Shown in pieces: positions 28,029 to 41,036 of a stretch of DNA of 64,000 nt. The number at the start of each line of letters is the position of its first letter. Positions within the stretch are counted from its first letter, which is position 1. Source of the DNA: Octopus vulgaris (taxonomy: Eukaryota). The translations under genes were made by a program, and so were the position numbers. The stretch spans positions 43,152,001 to 43,216,000 of the forward strand of contig OX597820.1 of assembly GCA_951406725.2 (NCBI GenBank). Direction: 5' to 3'. The notes under the pieces are model-generated. The model did not search any database, was not told the DNA's origin, and saw only the letters and a program-made list of their open reading frames with translations.

Positions 28029-28660
28029 TAATTCTCAAGTTTTATTTAGCAGACATACACACGGACACACAGTCTTGGCAATGCACATAAATATCCTTCT
28101 AGCCTCGTAATCTTTTCTGTCAAAGAGCGTAGGTTTTAAACGTAGATGACTTTTCTCTTCTTCACGAGGGATAATACATCAACTTATTGTCACTACACCA
28201 GTCTTCGTCTTTTGTTTTCAGTAAATATGGCTGACGGTTAGTAAGGAGAGACACAAGTAAGTGAGAAGAAAACAAAGGACCACTGATGCGGTCACAGGAG
28301 TGTGACGAAAGAACTTTGGCCGAAATAAGATTAAGATTAATGTAAAAAATAAATATCACTGAAGCTAAATAACACCAAATATATAGTGCGTGTGTTTTTA
28401 TTGGCTAAACTGGCAATATGACCATTCCGAAATATATATATATATATATGTATATACTTCATATTTACTGAAAACAAAAGACGAAGACTGGTGTAGTGAC
28501 AATAAATTGATGTATTATCCCTCGTGAAGAAGAGAAAAGTCATCTACGTTTAAAACCTACGCTCTTTGACAGAAAAGATTACGAGGCTAGAAGGATATAT
28601 ATGTGCAAAGCCAAGACTGTGTGTCCGTGTGTATGTCTGCTAAATAAAACTTGAGAATTA
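28029..28660. repeat. Inverted repeat, ~201 bp arms (28029-28229 / 28460-28660)
   Basis: The arms are reverse complements with about 4 mismatches by eye. Confidence 0.95.
28277..28321 (+). ncRNA. Minimal type I hammerhead-like motif (mutated core)
   Basis: GGaCCA-CUGAUGcg-GUCACA-GGAG-UGUGAC-GAAA-GAAC-UU-UGGCC. Perfect 6-bp stem II and a paired stem I, but core A9 is replaced by C. Confidence 0.55.
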
Positions 28661-28944
28661 TCCAACTGATTTCATTCATATTTTATACATGTCTTACGTA
28701 GGGTCCAAGCAGTGTCATGGGTAAAAAAATTTCAACTTCTTTCTTATCTCTTACACTACTTGTTTTACACTACATCGATATTACGCGTCAAAGGTGAAAC
28801 ATTAACATCTCTATTGTAATGTGAGATAATACTTTCAGATTTAATACCTTCACTATTAATCCTGAAACTGCCAGAAGGGAAACTATTATCTCAAATATAT
28901 ACATGCATACTCACACACACACACACACATACGTCGATATATAT

Positions 28945-28953
28945 GTATATATG

Positions 28954-29019
<66 letters not shown>

Positions 29020-29105
29020 GTATATATACATATGCATCTATATATATGTGTATATAATCTGTACATGCATATGTATATATATATACATATATGTATATGT
29101 ATATA

Positions 29106-29165
<60 letters not shown>

Positions 29166-29212
29166 TCTATCTATATATATATATATAATTGTATATATAT
29201 ATATATATAATC

Positions 29213-29266
<54 letters not shown>

Positions 29267-29310
29267 ATATGTATATATACTTATAAATCTCTCTCTCTAT
29301 ATATATATAT
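28945..29310. repeat. Degenerate (TA)n field
   Basis: Directly visible. Confidence 0.95.
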
Positions 29311-30131
29311 GTATGTATGTATATGTATATGCACTGAAGAACAATATTTTATTCTCTTCTATAAACATTAATTTTTAAACAAATTCACACAGAGAATTTT
29401 TAAATGCATCCATTTGATAAACCACACGTTCAGTAATTTCAAATATTATCCACCAGTAACATAGTAATATTTAATGCAAACTTCTTTGCCATATATCTGT
29501 CTTACTCCTCTTAACCTTTACTCCCCCTTATTAACTTTTCTTTGTTTATCAGTGTGCACAATTATATATGTGCTTATACGTGTGAGTATGGGTTTATAGT
29601 AGCCTGTCAATGTTTTAGGAGGTGTGTCCCTGTATAGGTGAATGAACTTCTGTTTATACTTATAAGTCGTGATCTTTAAAGTCCTGTAAAACATTCCTAA
29701 GTATCTGTATGCGTCTCGCTATATGCTTATTAGAGTGATAGTGAGGTTACACATCTGTGATTTAGCATTTTTTATAAATTCTTTGAAGCAATTTCTTCCC
29801 TTTACCTTGAAATAATTTATCCAAAGTTTCTTTTATTTCCTTTTCTTTTTCTTCTGGTTTTCCTTCCTTTCTTTTCCCCTCCCTATCTTTCTATAATTGA
29901 GTTCCTTCTCTCAAAAAATCTAGTTTTTTCCGACAACGTCATTTTAAATTCCAAGCGTCCATTGTTCGTATGTAAATATTTTGTGAATGAACGTAATCTT
30001 GATGTACTTAAATAAGTGTGTGTATGTGTATAAAATTATGTGTTGGGGGTCTGTTGATGTTTTGGGATGCGTATGCTCTTCTGTATATCAATGATAGAAT
30101 GTATATGAGTACTATTATGTGGACGTTAGTG

Positions 30132-30328
30132 TATATTTTAGTATAGGTTTGATTGTAAGTCGTTACCGCATGAATATGTATGAGTATATGTGAGATGTAT
30201 ATGCATATGTGTGCAAGTATATCTCAGAATATGAGTGCATGTATGCATGCGTATATATATATATATATGCATATATATATATATTTATATATTAATATGT
30301 TTGTATTTTGTTGAGTGTGTATGTACGT

Positions 30329-30408
<80 letters not shown>

Positions 30409-30585
30409 ACGTACAAACACACTCAACAAAATACAAACATATTAATATATACATATATATATATATATATATACGCATGCATACATGCACTCATATTCTG
30501 AGATATACTTGCACACATATGCATATACATCTCACATATACTCATACATATTCATGCGGTAACGACTTACAATCAAACCTATACT

Positions 30586-30593
<8 letters not shown>
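30132..30593. repeat. Near-perfect palindrome centred on (TA)n
   Basis: 30132-30331 is the reverse complement of ~30405-30593, apart from one substitution and differences in the TA tracts. Confidence 0.95.
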
Positions 30594-30642
<49 letters not shown>

Positions 30643-30934
30643 GCATACATGGATGCATACCTACAAACATATATATTGTATGTGTTTATGGGCATGTGAA
30701 TGTGGATGTGGATGTGGGGTGTGGTTGTTTAGCAGTGAATTTGCGAATGTGTCTGTATGTGTGAGCATTACTCTCGCGAAAACATCGTTTGTCGCCCAGT
30801 TACACCATCAGCTGACTTGCTCATTGGATTATCTCGCGAAATTGTGGAGTAAACTCTGTTTATTAACCATTTGGATAATTGTGAAGTAATAGAATCCTGT
30901 CATTGTCTGACCATAATGATCATTTCAATTTCAG

Positions 30935-30980
30935 GACCATTTGAACCTATGGCTTCTGGCTACATAATACTATTGATAAG
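30935..30980 (+). other. Candidate small exon
   Basis: Strong splice sites tttcaatttcag|GA...AAG|gtaagt. One frame is open (PFEPMASGYIILLI). No convincing partner exon found. Confidence 0.3.
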
Positions 30981-31499
30981 GTAAGTTTCGACATTCGATT
31001 ATACGAAAGGTATTTTCACAAGTAACTACAGAAGAGAATCGGATATGGACCACATATCTGGCATACGAAATTCTTCAACATTTACTCACAGTCATGCTTG
31101 TGTGAATTTACATATGCACACTTGCACACACGTATGTATTTATATACGTGCAAGCTTATAATTATGCATATATATAGATGAGTATGCCGTTGAAACTGTT
31201 TTAATTCTAATGAAAAGCCAATGATAGAAATTGAATTTCATCCATTAGTGGCATATTAAAAAATATATATACAGAAATAATGCATATAGTCATACTTCTC
31301 CATGTACATATATATAATTCCATACACACATAGAAATAACAGAATTCGCGTTCGAACACAACTTTGCAAATGAACATATTACTGGTGACTATTTAGATAA
31401 TATTAACAAATTATACGCCCGGAAGCAATGAAGCATATACTTGGGCTTGCTCATTTTGAGAGCTGTAATGTAAAAAAATTAAACTACAAATATGGATAC

Positions 31500-31672
31500 C
31501 TATTTCTTTATTACCCACAAGTGGCTAAACATAGAGGGGACAAACATAGGTATTAAGTCGATTACATCGACCCCAGTGCGTAACTGGTGCTTAATTTATC
31601 GACCCCGAAAGGATGAAAGGCAAAGTCGACCTCGGCGGAATTTGAACTCGCAACGTTACGGCAGCCGAAATA
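31500..31672 (-). mobile_element. Nin/Deu-domain SINE
   Basis: Reverse complement of the Nin core: ATCGACCCCGAAAGGATGAAAGGCAAAGTCGACCTCGGCGGAATTTGAACTC. Confidence 0.85.
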
Positions 31673-33966
31673 TGGATACCACCGTCTCATCCGCAGAAAT
31701 CCTACCTATCAACTTCCCTATAGTAAAATAGAAACTGTATTAGATGATATATAAATTCACAGAATATTGGCTCTATCGTGTAATATGTCGTTGAAAATTT
31801 TGTTGTCTTTTACTGCCATGGTACTTTTGCGTTCAACATAAAATATTCATTACAAGCAATGAAGTGGATTTTGTATGGAGTTATCCCCTAGGATTCTCAT
31901 TTTCAACATTTGTCATGGCTTCTATAAAGAAACAAAGCAATGCCAAGACATATATATACAAGCGTCAACAATTATATGGATATCATTTCCGAAATGAAAA
32001 CTCTAGCATAATTATTCAAAGTAAATGTTATTTAAAAAGGCTCATATTGTAATTCATTATCTAAGTTTATATAAACTTTTAGGGATTTCGGTATTAAATG
32101 AAATGAATTAAAAATATTTTTTTTTTCCTTTGCATTCATGCATTTCTTACGATATTATAATTTCTGACGTAAAAAATTAACTCATAATATGCAAAAATCA
32201 TTAAGTAAGACATTTCATCGAAACGATAGAGTATATATGGACATTTCAAGAGCTTTCTTTCTTCCATTAAAATCGTTAAAGGAAAGGAGACAGTGTGTCT
32301 TATTGCATGGTTGAAAATGAATAATAATTACAATGATACAAAAGTCAATTTCAAAAAGGTCTTCATTTATTTACAGTTGATTAAATGGAAACATATACCA
32401 AGAAATAAAAATAACAAAAATTAGTTACTTTTAAATTCACTCCACTAAAATCCACGAATACCAAATAATTATTCTGCTTAAATTTCCTTTACATTTTCTC
32501 TTGAATAAATAATTTGCATTCGGGATTTAAGTTACTGTGATCATCAATATTAAGCTGATCTCTTTCATTTTCTGGAACATTTATTACAAAAAGGTTTTGA
32601 TTATATAAGAACATTTAGCTACAAATGTAAACCCATCAGTAATTGTCCTGTGATTTCAATATTTTGTTCCAGTGTTTATATCCCTGATAAAACATGAAGC
32701 CGCTCTATTGGAGCAATGTTTTTGTTTCCATACGTTCGCTGATTAAAATCAAATATTTAACACTTTTACTAAGATATTCTCAATATCTGCATTTTCCATA
32801 GTGACAAAAATGGTGAACGAATCCAGTTAATAGAATGCATATTCGCAGGCCCTCAAAACAAATATCAAATTCTCGTGCTATGCTTTCGATTTGAGATAGA
32901 AGAGCAGCTTAGATGTTACGTAAAATAATTTGGTCTGCTTCTTGCAGTGGATATACGTTTGAGAAATACTGATAATATCTGCAAATTTAAAAGGATTTAT
33001 ATGGACTTTTACTTCCCTGAAATCCCACAATAATTACTCGAGTTTCAATTATATTGTGTTTCTTTTATAAACGCTTTTGCACTCCCTTAAGTGCAGTGAT
33101 ATAATTCAGCTTAACAAACCAGAGAATTTTCACATATCTACTATTCATTACATAGTTATGGAACCAAATGCCTAATAAACTCCTTAAGAGAATCAAATCC
33201 TTGTAAACTGACTCTTTTGTAGAAACATATGTTTGCATAGTAAAGTAGATATTTGTAACATCCTTCATTTGGGTTCAAATTTTTACATAGTAGAACAAAA
33301 GATCTGAACGTGCTTGGGATGTTTATTTTTCAATTAATAGTTATTCATATTTTCAAATCATCTTAAAGTCCTTCAGTGTAATATTTTATGCAATATGATT
33401 TGGTTGCTTCGCTACAACACTCTACAGAGTATACATTAAGAACTGCTTTCTGTAGAGCCGCTGAAATTCCTTGACATTTAACAGGGCATATGTGTTAACA
33501 TTAACTGAAATTCAAAGTTACATACTTGTCAAAGATTGTGTAAAAAAATGATTCGTCTAGGCATTTGGTGTATACACGGCACTGAAAAGGCATAAATGAG
33601 ATGAAATGCATTTAGTTTCTCCTTAACTGCTATCGAACGATTTATTATTTTCTCTTTGGTATATATTGCATTTGAAAATGCAAAAGATCCATAAGAGATT
33701 TTACTTGTCTGTCAGCATACACACTTATTCCACGCTCTTACACACACACACACACACACACACATACACATACAAACACACGTAAATTCACACACGCAAA
33801 TACATATTTATATATACATATATATGCATATATATACACATATATATATATATGTACATATATATATATATATGTGTGTGTGTATATATGTATATAGATG
33901 TGTATATATATATGTATACATACATATATACATACATACATACGTACGTACATTCATATTCCAGTA

Positions 33967-34730
33967 CATTCAACTCTCGCTACGATGCCACCCTGCGGAA
34001 CTAAGCCAAGGTGGCATAGTACCGAGGTCTGTTATCTAAATACTACATAACCAAAAATTTACTGAACATACGAATAAAAATTCATAGGGTAGGAAGTAAG
34101 GCCAATAAGAAGTTCAATGCAATGGCAAAAAGAAGACATCCAAGTTTATTAAGTTCAGATTGCTTTTAGTTAATCCCGAAGCCCTCAAAAATTGTCGGCT
34201 GACGCATCTTCTTTCGGCGGATTTCATTCATTTCGTTGTCTAGCCTATCACAGGCCTGCTTGACGCTGGGTTTTCCGCTGCTCTGCTGCTGCATAAACTT
34301 TCGGATAGTGCTCCATGCTCTCTGGGCAGCTGCAAACGAAACGTATTCCTCTTCCACACAATTACCTCGTCGTCTTCACTTTCCACCGGCTCTTCATTAT
34401 GCATTACCTCCTTTGCTATTTCTTCTAGAGTGAACATGTCGGACAATACAAGGGGCGGTAACTTGTATCAGATATTACTAATGATTCGAGGGGCCCGACA
34501 ATAACGTTTTTCGCAGCATCGATAATCTCCTTCTTTTCCTTCAGCGTAAACTCAGTCCGCTTGCGTTTCTGAGCTGACATTGTGTGCTACTTTCTGAACT
34601 TTTCCACAAGATTACAAATACGAAATGTACAAAATGTAGGAGTACAACATTTCGAAAAGTTCCGTGCGCTTCAGTTTACAAGTGGCATAGTAGCGAGAGT
34701 TGAGGGTGGCATAGTAGCGAAAGTTGACTG
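33967..34730 (-). mobile_element. pogo/Tigger-like DNA transposon, internal deletion derivative
   Basis: TA-flanked TIRs CAtTCAACTCTCGCTACgATGCCACCCT / AGGGTGGCATAGTAGCGAaAGTTGACTG. N-terminal HTH MSAQKRKRTEFTLKEKKEIIDAA joined to an acidic C-terminus ending ...KKMRQPTIFEGF. Confidence 0.88.
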
Positions 34731-35041
34731 TATCATAAATGCTTTTACGCACGCACAAAACTAATATTTAATGAATGAATGAAAAGGGAACTGGTGTCAA
34801 GTAATAGGCATCGTTTTTTTAAAAGTTCATTGCTCTTTTTGTTTCAAGAAGCACTGCACTCAGAACGGGGTGCTTGTGCAACATCGTATAACTTCCTCGC
34901 AGTTATTTGTTTGTACAGCTGTTTTCTTCCCAGGACCTTTTATCGCCGTCCAGATTTTATTTGTTACAACTAATTTGTAGTCACAACAACTAAACAATTT
35001 GATACTTAACTTGTTTTAGATTTCATCTTTACATTACCCTC

Positions 35042-35245
35042 ATGATGACTGATGAAATATTGACGAAACGTGGCAATGAAAATCCTCATGCAATGAATTT
35101 CTGTACAGCTTTGACAAAATAAACAAAAGTAGTCGTCAATTTACAATTATGTTTTGTGAACAGAAAAATCAATGCAAAGCAAAGCTAAATACAAATTCTA
35201 GAGGAGTGATAAGGACGGAAATTATCCATTCGCATGATGTTTACT
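35042..35245 (+). mobile_element. FLYWCH zinc-finger relic (MULE transposase N-terminus)
   Basis: TKRG...FLYSFDK...MFCEQKNQCKAKLNT...IHSHD fits the FLYWCH C-x-C...H-x-H pattern. Confidence 0.6.
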
Positions 35246-35329
35246 AGCAAGAAGTAACAGATTTTAATACAAATATAAAACAAAACAGCAAGGAATCCTG
35301 TGTTTCCAATGTAGATCTAAACTAGTCTA

Positions 35330-35915
35330 GGTGGTATTCTTGATGACTACTTATATATTTAAGAGAGATAATTCAGTGGAAGAGTCATTTAGAGAACAGT
35401 ACTCCCTCTGTCTACCCGATCTACAAGTAATCAGCTTCACTAGGAGGGTACAATATATATGAAATTCTAAACATACATAAGATCATTAAAAGCTACAAAC
35501 AACCTAAATCACTAAAAAAGATCCTCACAAAGGCAAATTTGTTTTCTGAAATAACGGATGCAAAAGCAATTAATTTGGTAGACCAAAATGCACAACATGC
35601 CCACACCTTTTAGAAGGATCGGAATTCCTCTTCAAAGAGGGACAAAAATTCAAGATCAAATGTAATTTTATTTGTGCTTCAGAAAACCTAATTTATGTCA
35701 TAAGATACTCGGGCTGCCACCTTTTGGGTCCACGGGATTATCGCTCAGACACAGATGCACTCTTTAGTGAACATATTGAGAAATGCGCAAAGCAACTACA
35801 ACCAGAATTTATAATTTTTCCATTCTATCAATGTGCTATTGGAACACCAACACAAATTAGATTAAACAAGGAAACATTCTTCATTGAAAAAATATAAACC
35901 AAAACTTAACCTTTC
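35330..35915 (+). mobile_element. Penelope-like element GIY-YIG endonuclease region, decayed
   Basis: KIIKSYKQPKSLKKILTKA...GRPKCTTCPHLLEG...IKCNFICASENLIYVIRYSGC...FSEHIEKCA...FIIFPFYQC...RLNKETFFIEK..PKLN. Confidence 0.85.
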
Positions 35916-36210
35916 TGACATTTTTATACAAGGAAATTCATCTCATTGAAAAAAATATAAAGCGATTTTACCGGAAGAAAACCCTGATTACCTGCACCTG
36001 CCTGGAACTCTTCACGAAGACATGACACAATGTAGGTACAGAATTTTAAGAAATTTGTAAAGAAAATACGAAACCGGTTATTTCGCCAAAAACTATTTCG
36101 CCACAAACTTTTCTAATGTTTTTCTAACATAACGACTTAAATATATTCTTTAACCTTATAACACAAGCCTTCTGTAGTTTTTTCACTCTTTTTATTTTAT
36201 TTTATTTTTT

Positions 36211-36303
<93 letters not shown>

Positions 36304-37247
36304 GTGTGTGTATGCATGTATGCATTAGCTGTTTAAAACTAGTGTTATAGATACTTCGTTCAAAACCCCTATTCTTCTTTGTCACATATTCACTTGTGTA
36401 GATCGAACTTTATAAAATACAAGAGAAAGAAATCTAGTTGTTTCTTATAATAAATTCATCGAAAGGGTCATCTTTCATTGGCCCTTAATAAATTACTGCG
36501 AATCCCCAATTTACTATTTTACGTGCGTGAACTTCAAAAGTCTTACATGAACCCCACCGATCACATGAATTCAGGTTTAGAACCACCACCATGGTGTATG
36601 CTCTTTTGCCTCCAAACAACACTCCAAATAAATATGAATATTTGTTTTGCTGAAGGAATACAAACCCGTTTTGTGATCTACAGGTCAATAGCTTGCGAAT
36701 TTGAAAAGACTGCAGAAATTGCTATGAAATTGCAGCACATTAACTGCAAAAACATGTAACAAGATTAGTTTTCATTTGTCTTCACATCCTTGATACACGT
36801 AGTGCATTGTAACCAAAAGTGTCTGTTGCACTTGATGAATATATTATAGTAACCAAGCTGCCATAAGAATGTCAGACTTTACTTAATTGGTCTGCAGATA
36901 AATATGATATCATGAAAACAGACGAAGAAGGAAAAGAGAAGACTTCCATTTCCTTTTGAAATATGGAATGTCTGCTAATGAAACTTAAACAAGGAAGACG
37001 TACACATAACCATCAAGAAGCAACCAGTCATTGATTGCAATATGATCTTGGTATGCAATTACCCGCGATACAGAAGATACAGGGAGGGTGAGATGTAATA
37101 TGAATGTTAGTGAGTTGGATTTGAACCAGACCAAAAGCTCTAAAAAGTGTAGAGATGCAACGAAAATTGTATATATAACTCTAAATAATTTCTCTTCTCT
37201 CCCTCTCTATCAATTTATCTGTCTACCCATATACCTACCTAGCTAAC

Positions 37248-37248
37248 C

Positions 37249-37280
<32 letters not shown>

Positions 37281-37281
37281 T

Positions 37282-37360
<79 letters not shown>

Positions 37361-37427
37361 GTCTGTATGTCTGTCTGTCTGACTGTCTATTTATATATCT
37401 GTCTATCTATCTATCTATCTATCTATC
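37248..37427. repeat. (CTAT)n/(CTGT)n microsatellite
   Basis: Directly visible. Confidence 0.95.
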
Positions 37428-37937
37428 TTTTTCTCAGTCGATTTGTTTATGTGGTGTTATTTTTTTCCACCCTATAACTCCGAAGAGTGGAAATATGTGT
37501 CACAAACCCCGTCGGTTTGTAATGTTCCTCTCTCTTTTTCTCTCTCTCTCTCTCATTCAATCTCCCTCCTTCTCTCTCGCTATCCCTCTTTCGACCTGTG
37601 TGTGTGTGAGCATATTTCTTTGCATATGTGTGAAGGATAGGGAAGAGCTTATGTCAATCCTATTCAATTAATATATTGTATTCCCTCCCTCCTTTCTCTC
37701 CCTCAAAATATACCGCATGCACGCGCATGTTTCTGCTTTTTTTTTCAATTGCCCAAAATGCTCTCATTCGATGACAATATTCTTTGGCATTGGAGGTAAA
37801 GCAGTTTCGATGCTCTGTTAGCTGTGCCAAATCGTTTCATTCAGCCCCCAATCGTACCTACACATATATACAGAGAGTCACACACACACAAACACACACA
37901 CATGCACACATATACATACATATATATGTATATATAC

Positions 37938-38004
<67 letters not shown>

Positions 38005-38502
38005 TGATTGAGGGAGTATACATATACATACACACATACACACAAACACACAAACACAGATACGCACAGTCGTATATACACAATATACACAGAGAATTTA
38101 GTATGTTCTTGATGCCAGTATAATAAAACTGCGCAACAGACGGGGCATTTGAATTTTGGAGCAGAACATATATTACACAAAGAAAAGAAAATGAGTGTTT
38201 AGCAAATGTTCAACATTAAAGATAATTGAAGAAAACAATTTTATCGCATTAATGAAAAATCTTCTGTTACTATACTAGGAATTTAATTTTACATTTATAG
38301 CTATAATTAGTTATATAACTAATGATTCGGCTATAATCCTAAGAAGTTAGACTGCATCAAACGAAAAAGGATACTGCTAATTAGGAAATTACAATTACAA
38401 GATGTTAATTGAGTTATGAAAATACCTAAAGCATTCAGAAGATAGGCTTGCAGTTTTTACATATACAGGGGTGTGTGTATACACACATACACACACACAC
38501 AT

Positions 38503-38553
<51 letters not shown>

Positions 38554-38615
38554 CATAGATATAGATATATATGTGTATATGTATGTATATATATATGTAT
38601 ACATATATATATGTA

Positions 38616-38653
<38 letters not shown>

Positions 38654-38859
38654 AACACATAGATATGTATGTGTATGTGTGTATGTATAGATGTATGTAT
38701 ATATCTGGCAAACAACTTGCACATGCAAGTGCTACCAGTCGAGAACTCTGCATACAGACAGCCAGCAAGTGAATCGGGTCATCAGGAGAGTATGCCGCTC
38801 CGTTTCCCTTCCTGTATTCTATATTGAGCTTGTTAACTTTCCCAGTTTATCCACTGTAG

Positions 38860-39135
38860 AGCATGTCATTTTATAAAGATTTCGACGTAGCCTGCTTTTA
38901 AACTCTATATATACTCCTTTCTCATTAGCAGCAGGTCATAGAACCCTCGGTTTCCTCCGAGTACTATCTGATGCATCAGTTTCATAACATACAGTTTCCT
39001 GTCAGGAAGGGGTCTTTGCTGTAGCATTTATCTATCCGCTGTGGTTTGAGTTCAAGGGTGATTTGCCATTTGTTTTAAGATCAGATTATCCACGCTGCTC
39101 CGTCCTCTTCTTACAAGTCTTTACCTGATGTATCC
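38860..39135 (-). mobile_element. Penelope-like 3' end relic
   Basis: Minus strand, broken reading EQ.WI.DLKTNGKSPLN resembles the PLE terminal E..WI..L.T..P.GLN. It is followed by a decayed CUGAUG..GAAAC..GUU motif. Confidence 0.45.
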
Positions 39136-39136
39136 T

Positions 39137-39348
39137 TTTCTACTCTAGGTACAAGGCCCAACATTTTGAGGGAGGGGGCCAGTCGATTAGTTTGACTCCA
39201 CTACGTAACTGGTACTTATTCTGTCGACCCCGAAATGACAAAAGGCAAAGTCGTCCTCGGCGAAATTTGGACTCAGAACGTAAAGACAGACGAAATACTG
39301 CTAAGCATTTCGCCCGGCATGATAACGTTTCTGCCAGTGCGCCGCCTT
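39137..39348 (-). mobile_element. Nin/Deu-domain tRNA-type SINE, full length
   Basis: Head (rc GGCGCACTGGCAGAAACGTTA), Nin core and tail; same family as 52820-53005. Confidence 0.88.
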
Positions 39349-39580
39349 TTTTTCCCTGATGTATCTTCAAGCCTCTTTCGGCTGCAAATGTCCTACAGCA
39401 CAGCTTGCATCCAAAGTTGTTTGCAATACGAATATGGCTCTTCGAATGAATAGCCATATTCGTATCCAAGGTCATTTCCGTGTTAACTGGGTTTGATAGA
39501 TTCTCGACTCCCCACTCTCGGTCAATCATGGGGGTGTCACTATCATTGGTATCTGTATACACACCCCCACAACCCCCCCC

Positions 39581-39626
<46 letters not shown>

Positions 39627-39742
39627 AGAACAAAGTGTACGTACATATATATATATATATATATAATAAATATTAGGGAATGAATCCAAAATTACAGGGA
39701 AAAATCAGATTTAGGGTTAAATCCAATTTTATAGTAAAATAT

Positions 39743-39870
39743 TATATAATATAATTCGAGACAAAACCACTATTTTAAAACGAAACAATTTTATTTAATT
39801 TATATTAAAATTTTATGTATTGATTAAGTCTTTCCTTGTTTGGTTTTAAAATAGTGGTTTTGTCTCGAAT

Positions 39871-39881
<11 letters not shown>
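39743..39881. repeat. Inverted repeat, ~45 bp arms, within a (TA)n-embedded element
   Basis: TATAATATAATTCGAGACAAAACCACTATTTTAAAAC / GTTTTAAAATAGTGGTTTTGTCTCGAATTATATTATA. Confidence 0.9.
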
Positions 39882-39931
<50 letters not shown>

Positions 39932-40979
39932 TGACGTCCTGCTTTTGTTATTCTTATTCGTGTTATCATTATTATTTTTACGTATTTTTGTATTCTTATT
40001 CGTTCCCGTCCTTGTTTTGTATACATTCGAAGCTTTCTTCCAAAGAATCTAATGCGCTTGGCTTAGGTTTTCCTCTGGAGCTGGCCAGATCGGAGCAATC
40101 CCAAGATTAATCAGCCGAAATTGCGAGGATGATCTGGTTCTTGACTGAAGATTGAAGGCTTCGAATGTCGCGTCCGTGTTTTTTGTATCGTCTTCTAAAT
40201 GTCTTGCGTTCTTGTCCCAGTTTGTGATTTTTTTACATATACATACATATATGGCGTCGCCCGTGCCCTTTTTGATATTGTATGAAAGTACATTTTTCTC
40301 TAAACATGGTACGACTCTATAACACTGTCTCTCTCTCACTCCCTCCTCTCCTACATTTCTCTGCCTTTCACACTTTGCACTCCACTTTGATCTGTCTCTT
40401 TCTCTCTCTCTCTTCTCCACCTCCTCATTTGTTCATTGTTCCCTTTTTCTCTCTTCCTCTGACCCTCTTTTCTCATCTCTCTTCTCCTCACACGTGACTA
40501 ACTTTGGACTGCTGTTCTGCCTTTTCGTGGTCAGCAGCCGTCTAGGGTAGACACATTTTTTTTCTCTCTTCGCCTCAAGGCATTTTCCCTATGCGCTAGC
40601 TCAAGTTCACCCGTCCTGTCGAAAAGACGTCTGTCTATGACGTCCTGTTTTTGTTATTATCATTATCATTATTGTTTTTACGTATTTTCCTATTCTTATT
40701 CGTGTTATCATTATTATTCTTACGTATTTTTGTATTCTTATTCGTTCCCATCCTTGTTTTGTATACATTCGAGGCTTTCTCCCAAGGAATCTAATGCGCT
40801 TGGCTTAGATATTCCTTTGGGGCTGGCTAGGTCGGAGCAATCTCAAGATTAATCAGCCGAAATTGCGAGGACGATCCGGTTCTTGACTGAAGACTGAACG
40901 CTTCGAATGTCCCGTCCGTGTTTTTTGTATCGTCTTCTAAATGTTTTGCGTTCTTGTCCCAGTTTGTGTATTTTTACAT

Positions 40980-40995
<16 letters not shown>
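39932..40995. mobile_element. Non-coding element with ~320-350 bp direct terminal repeats, inserted in (TA)n
   Basis: 39932-40250 is repeated at 40638-40992 (706 bp offset). (TA)n on both sides, no ORF. Confidence 0.8.
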
Positions 40996-41036
<41 letters not shown>

